A stretch of DNA of 15,382 nt from Pseudomonadota bacterium (GCA_031416315.1 JANOTL010000182.1:1-15382); one strand, 5' to 3'; shown: positions 1 through 8,736, numbered from the stretch's first letter. Translations and numbers: made by a program. The notes: generated by a model from the letters alone, not told the origin.

Positions 1-40
1 CAAAGTCTGCATGATCAAGCGATCGGGAAATTGCCGGGGA

Positions 41-146
41 ATCCGGCGAGAGCGAGGGTCGCGTGACGGACGCTATGGGTAGCGCCGCGAGATCCCTCGC
101 TCCGCTCGGGATAGACCCTGGCGCGAAAGCGCCAGGGTCTAACTAG
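41..146. repeat. REP-like composite palindromic element (long imperfect hairpin plus 13-bp GAAA-loop hairpin, ending in ACTAG)
   Basis: GAGCGAGGG (50-58) pairs with CCCTCGCTC (94-102), TCGCG (59-63) with CGCGA (86-90), and CGCTA (71-75) with TAGCG (80-84). It is followed by a perfect stem TAGACCCTGGCGC-GAAA-GCGCCAGGGTCTA (112-141) plus ACTAG. Related copies lie at 15243-15382. Confidence 0.75.
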
Positions 147-223
147 CTAAAACGTCGCCTAAAATCCCGGCTTCGGCGGCAGCACGATCTGCGGTACAAA
201 CGCGCATCGCCAAAGGAGCTCGC

Positions 224-889
224 ATGCGCCGTCTGATCTTGACCGTGATCGTCACCGGATTCGCCCTCACGCTCGTCGTCGGAGCCTTTCTCTACGAGAA
301 GCGCCGTCCTGGCGAGCAGGTCCTCGGCATCGCCGAGCTGAGCGGCACCGCGGTCGAGACGCCCGAGTCTTTCCCCGCCGCCTATCCGCGCACCGAGCGT
401 CCCGCCCCGGCGATCGAGCTCGTCGGCCACGACGGCCGCCCCGCCAGCCTCGCCGCCCTACGCGGTCGTCCCGTGATCGTGTCGTTCGCCTTCGCGCACT
501 GCTCCGCCGTTTGCCCGACGCTCGTGAAGACTTTGAGCGCCGTGCACACCAAGCTCGCGGCGCAGACGGCGCCCTCGATTCGCCCTGCGACGCTCGTCGT
601 CACGCTCGATCCCGAGAATGACACGCCCGCAGAGACCGCGCACCTCGCCGCGACCTGGGGCATGCCGGCTGGCATGATCTACGCCTCCGGCCCAAAGGCC
701 GACGTCGAGGGCGTTCTCGACGCCTACAAAGTACCGCGCGGCACCGACGAGAAAACCGGCGAGATCGCGCATCCTGCGCTCGTCTACGTCTTGGACGCCG
801 AAGGCCGCATCACCTACACGCTGAACAATCCCACCGCCCTATGGTTGGAAGAGGCCGTGCGGCGCGCGGCCGGGCCGGTCACGCACTGA
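224..889 (+). CDS. SCO1/SenC-family copper chaperone (CuA assembly)
   Basis: AAGGAG RBS at 213-218, N-terminal TM anchor, FAFAHCSAVCP (CxxxC), VTLDPENDTP and the conserved third ligand His in IAHPALVY. Confidence 0.92.
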   Translation: MRRLILTVIVTGFALTLVVGAFLYEKRRPGEQVLGIAELSGTAVETPESFPAAYPRTERPAPAIELVGHDGRPASLAALRGRPVIVSFAFAHCSAVCPTLVKTLSAVHTKLAAQTAPSIRPATLVVTLDPENDTPAETAHLAATWGMPAGMIYASGPKADVEGVLDAYKVPRGTDEKTGEIAHPALVYVLDAEGRITYTLNNPTALWLEEAVRRAAGPVTH

Positions 890-900
890 GCCGCCTGCCC

Positions 901-953
901 AAGGTTCTCGGCGATGTACATCGAGCGCGAAGCGTTCATCGCGGCGCTGAGAT
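901..953. repeat. Degenerate remnant of the same palindromic repeat family
   Basis: AAGGTTCTCGGCGAT (901-915) is identical to 15299-15313 inside the right-end element. The following ATCGCGGCGCTGAGAT resembles that element's opposite arm. It lies between convergent genes. Confidence 0.45.
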
Positions 954-961
954 GAGGCGTG

Positions 962-984
962 GCTCTCGGTAATCACCCGAGAGC
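962..984. terminator. Stem-loop between convergent SCO and kinase genes, likely terminator
   Basis: GCTCTCGG (962-969) pairs with CCGAGAGC (977-984), abutting the kinase stop codon. There is no U-tract. Confidence 0.5.
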
Positions 985-3111
985 TTAACGGGGCTTCGCG
1001 GCCGAGCGCAGCAGGCTCGCGAGGTCGACCGGTTTCATCAGGAAGTCGTCGCAGCCGGCGGCGAAGCAGGCGGCCCTTTCGCCGCTCATGGTTCGGCCCG
1101 TCAAGGCCACGATGCGCGAGGTGCAGCCGCGCTCCCTGAGGCGCCGAGTGACTTCGTAGCCGTCGAGACCTGGCATCTGCACATCCATGAAGATCACGTC
1201 GTAGGCTCCGGCCAAGGCACGGGCGAGCCCTTCTTCGCCGTCCGCCGCGACGTCGACGGCGCAGCCGCCGAGCGCGAGAGCTCCCGCGACGAAGTCGCGC
1301 ATGTCGGCGGTATCGTCGACGACGAGCGCACGGCGGCCAGTGAGGTCGACGACCGGTGCCGACGACCCGAAGGCGGCGACAGCGAGCTCGCGGCCACTTT
1401 CCCTCGACGCTACGACCGTGCCGACACCGACTGTGACGACGAAAACGCTTCCCTTGCCGACCTCGCTGTGCGCCAGAATGATGTCGCCGCCCATGGCGCG
1501 CGCCAGGGCACGCGACAGCGACAGACCGAGACCGGTGCCGCCGAACCGGCGGCTCGTCGAGGCGTCGGCCTGCGTGAACGGCTGGAAGAGCCGCGACGCG
1601 TCCCCCTCCGCGACGCCGCTGCCCGTGTCCTCGACCTCGAGGACCAGCAGCGACTCGCTTGCGCCCGGCTGCATGCGGACCCTCACGTCGACGCGCCCAA
1701 CGCTGGTGAACTTGACGGCGTTGCCGACGACATTGATGACGATCTGCCGCAGCCGTACCGGATCGCAGCTCGCCTCCGCCGGTAGAAGCGCGTCGTACGT
1801 CTCGCTGAAGCCGAGCCCTTTTGAAAGCGCGGCGCGCCGCGCCTCGTCGAGCACCCCTTCAAGCTCCGCCACGAGCGAGATGGGCCGGCGCTCCACCCGC
1901 AGTTTCCCCGCCTCGACGAGCGAGAGGTCGAGGATGTCGCCGACGAGCGCATTGAGGTGGCGGGCGTTGCGAAAGATGGACTCCAGAGCGGCCGCGCGCT
2001 TGTCCGTGGGAAACGCCGGATTGACGAGCGCCTCGGCGAAACCGAGCACCGCGCTGAGCGGCGTCCTCAGCTCGTGGCTGACGTTCGCGAGGAAGAAGGT
2101 CTTCGCTTCGCTCGCCGCCCGTGCGGCGTCGCGGGCCTGCGCGAGGTCTTTCTGCAGTCGGCGGTCCTCGGTCACGTCGCGCGAGACGCCGACGATGCCG
2201 ATCACGTCGCCGGCCTCGTTACGCGCGGGCGAAAGTGAGATCGTGAAACAATAGGCGCGCCCTTCGGCTCCGGGCACGTGGTGCTCTACCGTGATCTCGG
2301 CGCCCTCCTCCAGCACCTTGCGGTGGCTTTCCTCGATCTGCTTTCCGAGATCGGGAGGGATGAGGTCGACGACGCGCTTGCCGATCATCGCGCTCGGCTC
2401 CATGCCGTAGCGCCGCACGCGCGGGTTCACCGAGACGTAGCGCTGCTCCTTGTCCATCAGGAAAACGACGTCCGTCACGCTCGCGAAGATCGAGCGGAGC
2501 CGGCCCTCCGACTCGCGCAGATCCGCCTCGAAGCGCACCGTCCCGAGGTACAGATAGACGAAGGCGGCGAGGATCGTCGCGGCTGTCGATCCGACGATGG
2601 CGCGCGCGATCCAACGCAGCGCCTCCGGGGCGACAGGCAGCGAGACGACCCCGAAGAAGTTGGTCGCATCGAGCAGAATGAGAAGAGCGAGCGGCAAACA
2701 CACCGAGGTGTAGAAGGCCGCTTTTTCTTGCTTTCCGAAGAGCACGAATGGCATGCAGAGCGTCGCGAGGAGGTAGAGGTGGATCCCCGCGTCCTCGCCG
2801 ACGAGGAGCGAGAACGCAAACGGCGCGGCGTTGCCGACGACGACCATCCCGGCGCGCGACGCGCGCACGTGCCCGAGCGCGTTGAGCAGCGGCAGCACCG
2901 CGTAGCCGAGCGCGACCGGCACGACGCACAGTCCGAGCGTTCTTTGCCCGGCGAGCGCGAAGATCAAGACGTAGGGCAAAGTGATGAGGACGATGGTCGC
3001 CGAGAGGCGGTTGGTAAGCGCGACGCGCTTCGCCAGCTCGGGTGGCAGGTCGCGACCCAACCCGGCCTCAAGGATCCGTTTAAGCAAGCGAGGCGCCATG
3101 TTGGCTACCAT
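985..3111 (-). CDS. Hybrid sensor histidine kinase: multi-TM (MASE7-like) sensor, PAS/PAC, HisKA, HATPase_c, receiver
   Basis: About 6 hydrophobic N-terminal helices, a PAS/PAC region ending VGVSRDVT, H-box FLANVSHELRTPL, N-box NVVGNAVKFT, G-boxes DTGSG and GGTGLGL, and a receiver domain with VVDD, FMDVQMP and KP. The start could also be ATG at 3099. The MASE7 call is by resemblance only. Confidence 0.93.
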   Translation of the reverse strand: MVANMAPRLLKRILEAGLGRDLPPELAKRVALTNRLSATIVLITLPYVLIFALAGQRTLGLCVVPVALGYAVLPLLNALGHVRASRAGMVVVGNAAPFAFSLLVGEDAGIHLYLLATLCMPFVLFGKQEKAAFYTSVCLPLALLILLDATNFFGVVSLPVAPEALRWIARAIVGSTAATILAAFVYLYLGTVRFEADLRESEGRLRSIFASVTDVVFLMDKEQRYVSVNPRVRRYGMEPSAMIGKRVVDLIPPDLGKQIEESHRKVLEEGAEITVEHHVPGAEGRAYCFTISLSPARNEAGDVIGIVGVSRDVTEDRRLQKDLAQARDAARAASEAKTFFLANVSHELRTPLSAVLGFAEALVNPAFPTDKRAAALESIFRNARHLNALVGDILDLSLVEAGKLRVERRPISLVAELEGVLDEARRAALSKGLGFSETYDALLPAEASCDPVRLRQIVINVVGNAVKFTSVGRVDVRVRMQPGASESLLVLEVEDTGSGVAEGDASRLFQPFTQADASTSRRFGGTGLGLSLSRALARAMGGDIILAHSEVGKGSVFVVTVGVGTVVASRESGRELAVAAFGSSAPVVDLTGRRALVVDDTADMRDFVAGALALGGCAVDVAADGEEGLARALAGAYDVIFMDVQMPGLDGYEVTRRLRERGCTSRIVALTGRTMSGERAACFAAGCDDFLMKPVDLASLLRSAAKPR

Positions 3112-3433
3112 ATTAGCGGACTGCCCAGACTTGCACGGCCTTTGTTCGCCGCTGCCGCAAAGTTCCGCGGCCCGGCCCGCCCGACTGTACCGGCACTCTG
3201 ACAGTTCCGCTTCTCCCCGGATGACTAATCAGTCGCCTTAAGGATGATCGATCCTCCCAAAGCCCCCCCCTTGTCGCACTAGGCTCTTGACTCCTGTTGC
3301 TTCTGCAGCCTCGACGCACGCTACTTTTGCCGGCGTTGCGCGGCTCGGAAACCCTTGTTTCACGTTTTGGGACTTGGTCTCGGCTTATCGTTCGCATTGC
3401 GGGCATGGTGCGGCCATGCCCATCGAGGTCTTT

Positions 3434-3806
3434 GCCGTTGGCGCTGAAGCACCGTCTTCCCTTCGCGAACGGCGTCTCGTCTTCGAAGCCAAAGCCCTTT
3501 CCGATATGCCGCACCTTGAGGCCGGCGCGCTCGCCAAACGCGATGCGCATGACGGCACTCGCCGCGACGGCGGCGGCGAGCTGCTCGAATGCGGCAAAGA
3601 CCGGGTCGAGTGAGCTGGGTTCGAGCGCGTCGCCCATCTCCTCGGTCAGATACCTGTGGGCGCGGAGGTCACTGATGACGGCTTGGGCCACCGCTTCCAC
3701 GATGCCCGCGACCTCCTCGTCGGTCGGACCAGGGAGGTGATGAAACACGGGCACGGGACCGGCCACCGAGAAGACGCCGTCGAGGGCGACGGTGTGGAAG
3801 TGGATG
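3434..3806 (-). mobile_element. IS91-family (HUH/Y2 rolling-circle) transposase internal fragment, copy 1
   Basis: Translates IHFHTVALDGVF...RIAFGERAGLKVR...CFSANG (HUH motif), breaking off where GFSLHA would be expected. Bases 3528-3806 match 8737-9015 with 10 mismatches in 279 bp. No N-terminus or catalytic Tyr region. Confidence 0.85.
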
Positions 3807-3807
3807 G

Positions 3808-4510
3808 ATCGGCGACAATCTGACGACCGAGGCATGGAAGGGCCACCTCGCAAGGACCTCTAGCGATTGGAACAACCCGGCGGCATTCGGCGCAACGTCG
3901 ACCCCGCTGACCACGACCGTCGTAGCCGGCTCCTCGTCGAAACGATGCTCGATGGTTCCTGGCACTGTGCAGGTCTGCAACGGCAATTATGGCAAAAACG
4001 GCTGGCTGGGCCTGGCCTCGATCAACATCTCGGGCGGGCACATTACGCAAGGCTCGGCGAAGATGAACGACTCGTATTTCAGCAGCGCAACGTACAACAA
4101 TCCCAACGAGAAGCTGCAGGTGATGTGCCAAGAGGTGGCGCATACCTTCGGTCTCGGCTATCAATCGGAGGATGGGTCCTCGCAGAACTCCTGCATGGAC
4201 TATTTCTCCAATACGGGCGTCAACGCCGGCAGCACGCTGAGCACGACGCCGAACGCGCATGACTTTGACGATCTGAACCTGATCTATGGCCATTTGGATA
4301 CGACGACGACCGTGGCGGCCACCACTGCGGCTGCCGATGCGGTCACCGACGAGCCCAAGAGTTGGGGCGACCTCAAGGCACAAAACAAATCGGGCAAGGG
4401 ATCAGTCTATGAGCGCAAGCTTGCCGACGACTCGGTGACTATAACCCATGTTTTACTGGACGGACGAAGTCGCCGCCAAATGCGCCAGCTGCGACCATCG
4501 CAACAATTGA
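3808..4510 (+). pseudogene. 5'-truncated, frameshifted secreted zinc-metalloprotease (metzincin/matrixin-like) gene
   Basis: The frame is open from the IS junction (IGDNLTTEAWKGHLARTSSDW...VQVCNGNYGKNGWLG), with a degenerate zinc motif CQEVAHTFGLGYQ and Met-turn SCMDY. Removing one T from 4451-4454 gives ITHVYWTDEVAAKCASCDHRNN* ending at 4510, just before a hairpin. Confidence 0.7.
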
Positions 4511-4520
4511 TGTCGGAGCG

Positions 4521-4545
4521 GAGTTGCGGCGCTCCGCCGCAACTC
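4521..4545 (+). terminator. Perfect 11-bp stem-loop, probable terminator of the protease gene
   Basis: GAGTTGCGGCG-CTC-CGCCGCAACTC, followed by T-rich TGATTAGTCTTCT. Confidence 0.6.
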
Positions 4546-4552
4546 TGATTAG

Positions 4553-4771
4553 TCTTCTGCTTGCTCTGATGCGCCGGGAGCTCTCCCATGGCCGCCCGAC
4601 CGCATCATCTTGGGCACCGAGGTTCTCGCTGCGCTGTTCCTGCCGGTGGACATCAAGAAGTTCAAGGCCGAGCATGGCTTTCGCGATCTGAAAGACGACG
4701 AAGTTTTCTGCGTCGAGGACACCGGGGCGGTCGAGTCTCTCCAGCCGCGTCGGCTCAAAGCGATTGCATGA
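4553..4771 (+). pseudogene. Start-less coding fragment of unknown function
   Basis: Frame +2 reads ...WPPDRIILGTEVLAALFLPVDIKKFKAEHGFRDLKDDEVFCVEDTGAVESLQPRRLKAIA* with GC3-rich codons. There is no convincing start or RBS after the TAG at 4550-4552. Confidence 0.35.
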
Positions 4772-6380
4772 AGTGGATCAGGTCGCTTTTTTCGGCGGCC
4801 GAGAAGAGTTCCGCGCCGTTCGTGAGGAGGATGCCTTCGTCGTGGCCGACGTTGGAGAGGCCGGGGCGCGCCGAGTCGTAAAGGTACTCGTCGCCGAGAT
4901 TTCGTGGTGCGCGCGGATAGCCGTTGCAGGCGCCGTCGAAGTCCCTGGCGGGGTCGTCCGGAGGCACCGCGCGGTAAACCTTCGGACGCTCTTCACCGCG
5001 TGTCAGCACGTCGCAGAGCGTCGGGGCGGCGTTGTTGTGGAAATACGGCCAACGCGCCCAGATGCCGACCAGCGGCGGGGGCACGTAGCCACCGGTCGCC
5101 CGGACCTCGATGCCGTTCAGACGGGAGTAGCGGAGAGCATTCAGCTTAGGAGCAAGCCCCGCCATGCCGCGCCGGCGGGCAGAATCAGTGCCGACGTCGA
5201 CGACCCTGGTCGGCTGCGGATAGTCGACGCGGACGGTTAGGTAGCGTTCGGCGGGAGTCAGACGCTCTGAGCCCGGTGCTTCCCAGGCTTTGACGTACGT
5301 GCCGTGGCAACGGGAGCAATTGGCGTCGAAAAGAGCTTGCCCGCGGCGGGCGGCGGCGACGTCTGCGTCCTCGACCGGAAAAAAATCCGAGAAGAGAGGC
5401 GCTTCGCTCGCGAACACCGCCGCGGTCAGCTCGCGGACGATGTGCGGGTTGGCGTCGACGAAAGCCTGAAGCGCTGGCAGCGACGTGCCTCGGCCTATCT
5501 CGTTCCAGAGGAGGTTCGTCAGAATGGGATTTCCTGCGACGAGCGAGCCGTCGGCTGCCCAGCGGTTCTTGTAACGGACGTTCCACCAGACCGGAGGTTT
5601 GCTGGCGGCGGCTTCGTCTCGGAGCAGGTCGGTTTGCGGGAAGGCTTCATAAAAGTTGCTGCGCGTGGCGTCGGCGTCTGGCGCGCGGCGGGTGAGGGAC
5701 AGGGACACCTGGGCGACGGAGGCGTCGAGGCCGAGCGCCTGGGGTCTCATCGTTTCGACGGCGCGGAGGGCGCGGCCGAGACTACGAAACAGGGCTGTTT
5801 CCTGGGGCGAAGCGGCGAAAGTCGCCTGCCACACGGAGGCCGGCACGAGCGACGTCGCGGATTTCACTTTGAGGAAAAATTCGTTGGCGCGGGGGAAGCG
5901 GGTCGAGAGTCCAAGCACCGTCTTGCCGAAGAGAGAGCCGGCATGGCACGCCGGGCAACCGTACGTGAGCACGGTAAGGCCGTTGCGTTCCTGATACGTC
6001 GCGCCGAGGCGACGGTTGGCGACATCGCTCGGGAGCGGCACAGCGTAGACGCCTGCGTCTTCAGGCCGAGGGAACGGCGGCAGGCCCAGCCAGGCGTATG
6101 CGTCGTCGGGAGAGTCGTAACCGGAGGCCGCGCGAAACACCGCGCTGTCGAAGCCCCGGAAAAATACGTCCAGAGGATAGACAGTGTCGGAGGCTCCCGA
6201 CGGATAATTGACCGCGTGGGCGCGGCCGGCGGCGACGGTCGTCGCAAGATCCTGCTCGTTCAATTGATAGGGATTGGCCCGGCCTCCGGAAGGCAAAGGT
6301 TCGTCGACGCCCCAGGTCGGCTGCGCCGCTGCGAGCGACGCCTGGAACGTCGTCAGGAGGAGGGTTAGAAGGCGCGACAT
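4755..6380 (-). CDS. Secreted diheme c-type protein, RoxA/MauG/bacterial cytochrome c peroxidase superfamily (RoxA-like)
   Basis: Signal peptide, two widely spaced CxxCH motifs (CPACH, CSRCH), KPPVWWNV, GYVPPPLVGIWARWPYFHNN (PYxHN motif), C-terminal GLSNVGH and EKSDLIHFMQSL. Confidence 0.82.
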   Translation of the reverse strand: MSRLLTLLLTTFQASLAAAQPTWGVDEPLPSGGRANPYQLNEQDLATTVAAGRAHAVNYPSGASDTVYPLDVFFRGFDSAVFRAASGYDSPDDAYAWLGLPPFPRPEDAGVYAVPLPSDVANRRLGATYQERNGLTVLTYGCPACHAGSLFGKTVLGLSTRFPRANEFFLKVKSATSLVPASVWQATFAASPQETALFRSLGRALRAVETMRPQALGLDASVAQVSLSLTRRAPDADATRSNFYEAFPQTDLLRDEAAASKPPVWWNVRYKNRWAADGSLVAGNPILTNLLWNEIGRGTSLPALQAFVDANPHIVRELTAAVFASEAPLFSDFFPVEDADVAAARRGQALFDANCSRCHGTYVKAWEAPGSERLTPAERYLTVRVDYPQPTRVVDVGTDSARRRGMAGLAPKLNALRYSRLNGIEVRATGGYVPPPLVGIWARWPYFHNNAAPTLCDVLTRGEERPKVYRAVPPDDPARDFDGACNGYPRAPRNLGDEYLYDSARPGLSNVGHDEGILLTNGAELFSAAEKSDLIHFMQSL

Positions 6381-6427
6381 GGCCGGGAACTTAAGAAAAA
6401 AGCGGGCTTTCGTGCTAGCTTAAATTC

Positions 6428-6565
6428 ATGAATCCCAAAAGAAACGGGGGCCTGGACACACTGCGCGCGGCGGCGATTCTTGTCGTGATCGCCCGCCACG
6501 CTTTGGAGTTCCTGAAATAACCGCTCCCGGAGGTGTTCAACCACGGCGGCGCTTTCGCGTGCACG
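6428..6565 (+). pseudogene. Acyltransferase-3 (OafA-like) 5' remnant with internal stop
   Basis: ATG 6428 gives MNPKRNGGLDTLRAAAILVVIARH (family LDxLRxxAxxxVxxxH motif). TAA at 6518-6520 is followed by PLPEVFNHGGAFACT, breaking off before the expected GVDLFF. Not in the ORF track. Confidence 0.72.
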
Positions 6566-6832
6566 CCTAGCGCACGACCGTCACGTGGGGTCACGGTCAC
6601 TCGCTTATAGTCGACTCGATTCGTGGCCCCGCGCTCTTCGCCCGCGATCAGGCTGCCACTTTGTCATTCTTTGGGCCCCCGGGGAGACGCTGCAGGCCAG
6701 CAAGGCGCGCAACCCGGACCGGCGATTGACGATCTTAGCCACAGAACCCGAGGTTTAGCCGGCTCCTGGGACGCCCGATCTTCTGATTTGATAGGGATGG
6801 TGGTCCCATCCTTCAACGGAGACCTCCCGCCC

Positions 6833-7270
6833 ATAACGAAATCAGCCTTCATCGCCCTTTCGACCGCCGTCGCGACCTTGTGCGCCACGGCGGTTATCGC
6901 CGAGACCACGCCGACGAAGCTGGCCGACGTCGAGATCAAGATCGACGATCTGAGCCTCGTGCAGAAGGGCGCCGGCATCAACACGCTCTACATCTCGCTG
7001 TATGACGCCGACAGCCCGATGCCGCGTCCGTACGCCGCGATCAAGATCGCCTTGGACAAGGGCGCGGCGAAGGGCACGATCTACCGTGGCAGCTTGAACA
7101 CGGCGAACGTGACGGTCATGGGCGGCGCGCAGCCGAAGGCCTTCCGCGTGAAGGCGAAGCTCGACAAGGGCGGGGCGGCCGGGCCGGATGCGGCGGGGGA
7201 TTTGGTCGGGATCATCGAGAAGGTCGTGGTTGGGGCGGCGACGGTGGTGACGATCGACAGGGCGATGTGA
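6833..7270 (+). CDS. Exported stand-alone CycH/CcmI C-terminal Ig-like domain protein; start codon uncertain
   Basis: Signal peptide (I/M)TKSAFIALSTAVATLCATAVIA, then TLYISL...PMPRPYAAIKI...VMGG...RVKAKLDKGGAAGPDAAGDLVG...VTIDR, which resembles the CcmI C-terminal domain. GGAG at 6818-6821 precedes ATA at 6833. An alternative in-frame ATG is at 6797. Confidence 0.62.
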   Translation: MTKSAFIALSTAVATLCATAVIAETTPTKLADVEIKIDDLSLVQKGAGINTLYISLYDADSPMPRPYAAIKIALDKGAAKGTIYRGSLNTANVTVMGGAQPKAFRVKAKLDKGGAAGPDAAGDLVGIIEKVVVGAATVVTIDRAM

Positions 7271-7379
7271 CCTTCTTGCCCCTGACGCTCCTCGGAGCGA
7301 GGCCGCGCGCCTAGGCGACAGGAACGGGGGCTTGACTCTCTCAGCTCTCGTTGTCGGTGCTCATTCCACCTTGCAAGCG

Positions 7380-7800
7380 GCAAGAGGTTACGACGATTGA
7401 CCCGGTCCCGGTCCGGCTCTTGAAGCCAAGGTGAACTTCGGAACGGCGCTTCCTCGAAGACCACGTCGATCCCGTACGCGCGGAAGACCTCGACGTAGTA
7501 GTAGTAGCCGACGATCTGTCGCTGCTAGCTGAAATCAGGCGCCAGCGACAGCGCCGCAGCGGCTCCAGCTCGACGCGCTGCGCATCGGAATCGCGGACGA
7601 CGTGATTGCGCGCATGCGTCGCCGGATCCGTGCTCATCAGGCGACGAAAGGTGACGTTGTCGATGCTCAAGCTGGCCGCGAACACTATGCCGCGCTTCGG
7701 GGTCAAGGTCGAATCCTTGCTGCTCGACGCGCTGCCCGGGATCCCGGTGGGTGCTCTCGCCCACTGAGTCCCGAGCACATTCGTGCGCCAGCTCAGCTCG
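7380..7800 (-). pseudogene. Possible decayed gene fragment, unknown function
   Basis: Protein-like text in two frames: ...KRGIVFAASLSIDNVTFRRLMSTDP...RVELEPL, then after a shift ALSLAPDFS*QRQIVGYYYYVEVFRAYGIDVVFEEAP with TAG at 7525-7527. Boundaries approximate. Confidence 0.3.
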
Positions 7801-7809
7801 GCAAGCCGA

Positions 7810-8728
7810 TCACTCGACCGGGACGGCGATTTTGTCCACCGTCGGCACCGGGAGCATTCCGCTCGCACCGATCGGGCCACCCGAACCTTGGACGACCGGC
7901 GGCGGTGGCGGGTTCGCGTGCCAGGCAGCGCAGCTCGCCGCGTCCGTCGGTAGGCCGGTCGTACGGCGCGGGTCGCCAACCGGCGCGCCGCAGGTGCCCG
8001 GACGGAATGTGTTGCCTTGGTCGAGGCACTCGTGCTCCTTGCCGATGCTCCACGCGCCGGTGAAGTCGCGGCGCGTGTTGCAGCAGCAGTGCAGGTCGCC
8101 GGAGTATCCGGTCTCGGCGGTGAATTGCGGCGCCGGGCCGGTGTTCTGGATGGCGTTGTAGCAGAAATCTTTCATGTTTCTGCAGACGTACCAGTCGGCG
8201 GCCATGCTGACGCCGCTGCAGGTGATGCCGCCGATCATGGTCACGGTCGAGGCCGGGCCGGCGATGCCGCATTGCGAAATGGTGTTCATCGCTTGGCAGC
8301 CGAGGCGCGCCGCGTCGTCCATGGCCTGCAAATCGCCGCTCAAGAAGTCGTTCGTTTTGCATCCCGCCATCGCTTCAAAAGAACGAACGAGCAAGTCGAT
8401 CACGGACATGCCGCAAGCTGCGGCGCGCAAGGAGCGCATCCAGGGCGAGCTGCGGATGCGGTTCGCGGCGACGTCGGCGCTGATGGTCCGACTTGCAACC
8501 GCGTCGGCGAGCCCGGGCGAGATCAAGTTCAAGATCCAGTTTCGAACAAGCTCGCGGCGGCGCTCGCGCCGGCGCGCGTCCATAGAGTCCGAGCGCATTC
8601 AGCACCGCGTGGACGATAAACGGCGCGGTGACAAGCTCGCAGTCTTCTGGCGCGAATGCTGCGCCGCATGCCGAGCAGCGCGTCATGGCGATGGCGAAGA
8701 CGCGCGCGAGAAGCTTGGCCTACGACAT
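7810..8728 (-). pseudogene. Cysteine-rich secreted protein gene with disrupted 5' end
   Basis: The main frame 7810-8598 has 13 Cys including CCC and a Pro-rich tail. A signal-peptide-like start MS*AKLLARVFAIAMTRCSACGAAFA begins at ATG 8728 in another frame with TAG as codon 3, implying a nonsense change plus a frameshift near 8560-8590. It starts 8 nt from the IS remnant. Confidence 0.55.
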
Positions 8729-8736
8729 CCGCTCGA

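Noticed and set aside
3263..3270. C8 tract upstream of the kinase as a phase-variation switch
   Set aside because: Short tract in GC-rich DNA, with no identifiable promoter elements around it.
3801..3812. GATC exactly at the IS/protease junction suggesting a Sau3AI cloning chimera
   Set aside because: The second IS copy has TTGAG at the equivalent position, so the IS parent had no GATC there. GATC is also frequent throughout the window.
3113..3853. ORF-track proteins 3113-3853 and 8529-9293 as complete transposases
   Set aside because: Only the central parts are transposase-like. The ends are read-through into unrelated DNA and the catalytic Tyr region is absent.
7495..7507. (GTA)4 microsatellite
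   Set aside because: Explained as four Tyr codons in a probable minus-strand gene relic, and too short to be meaningful.
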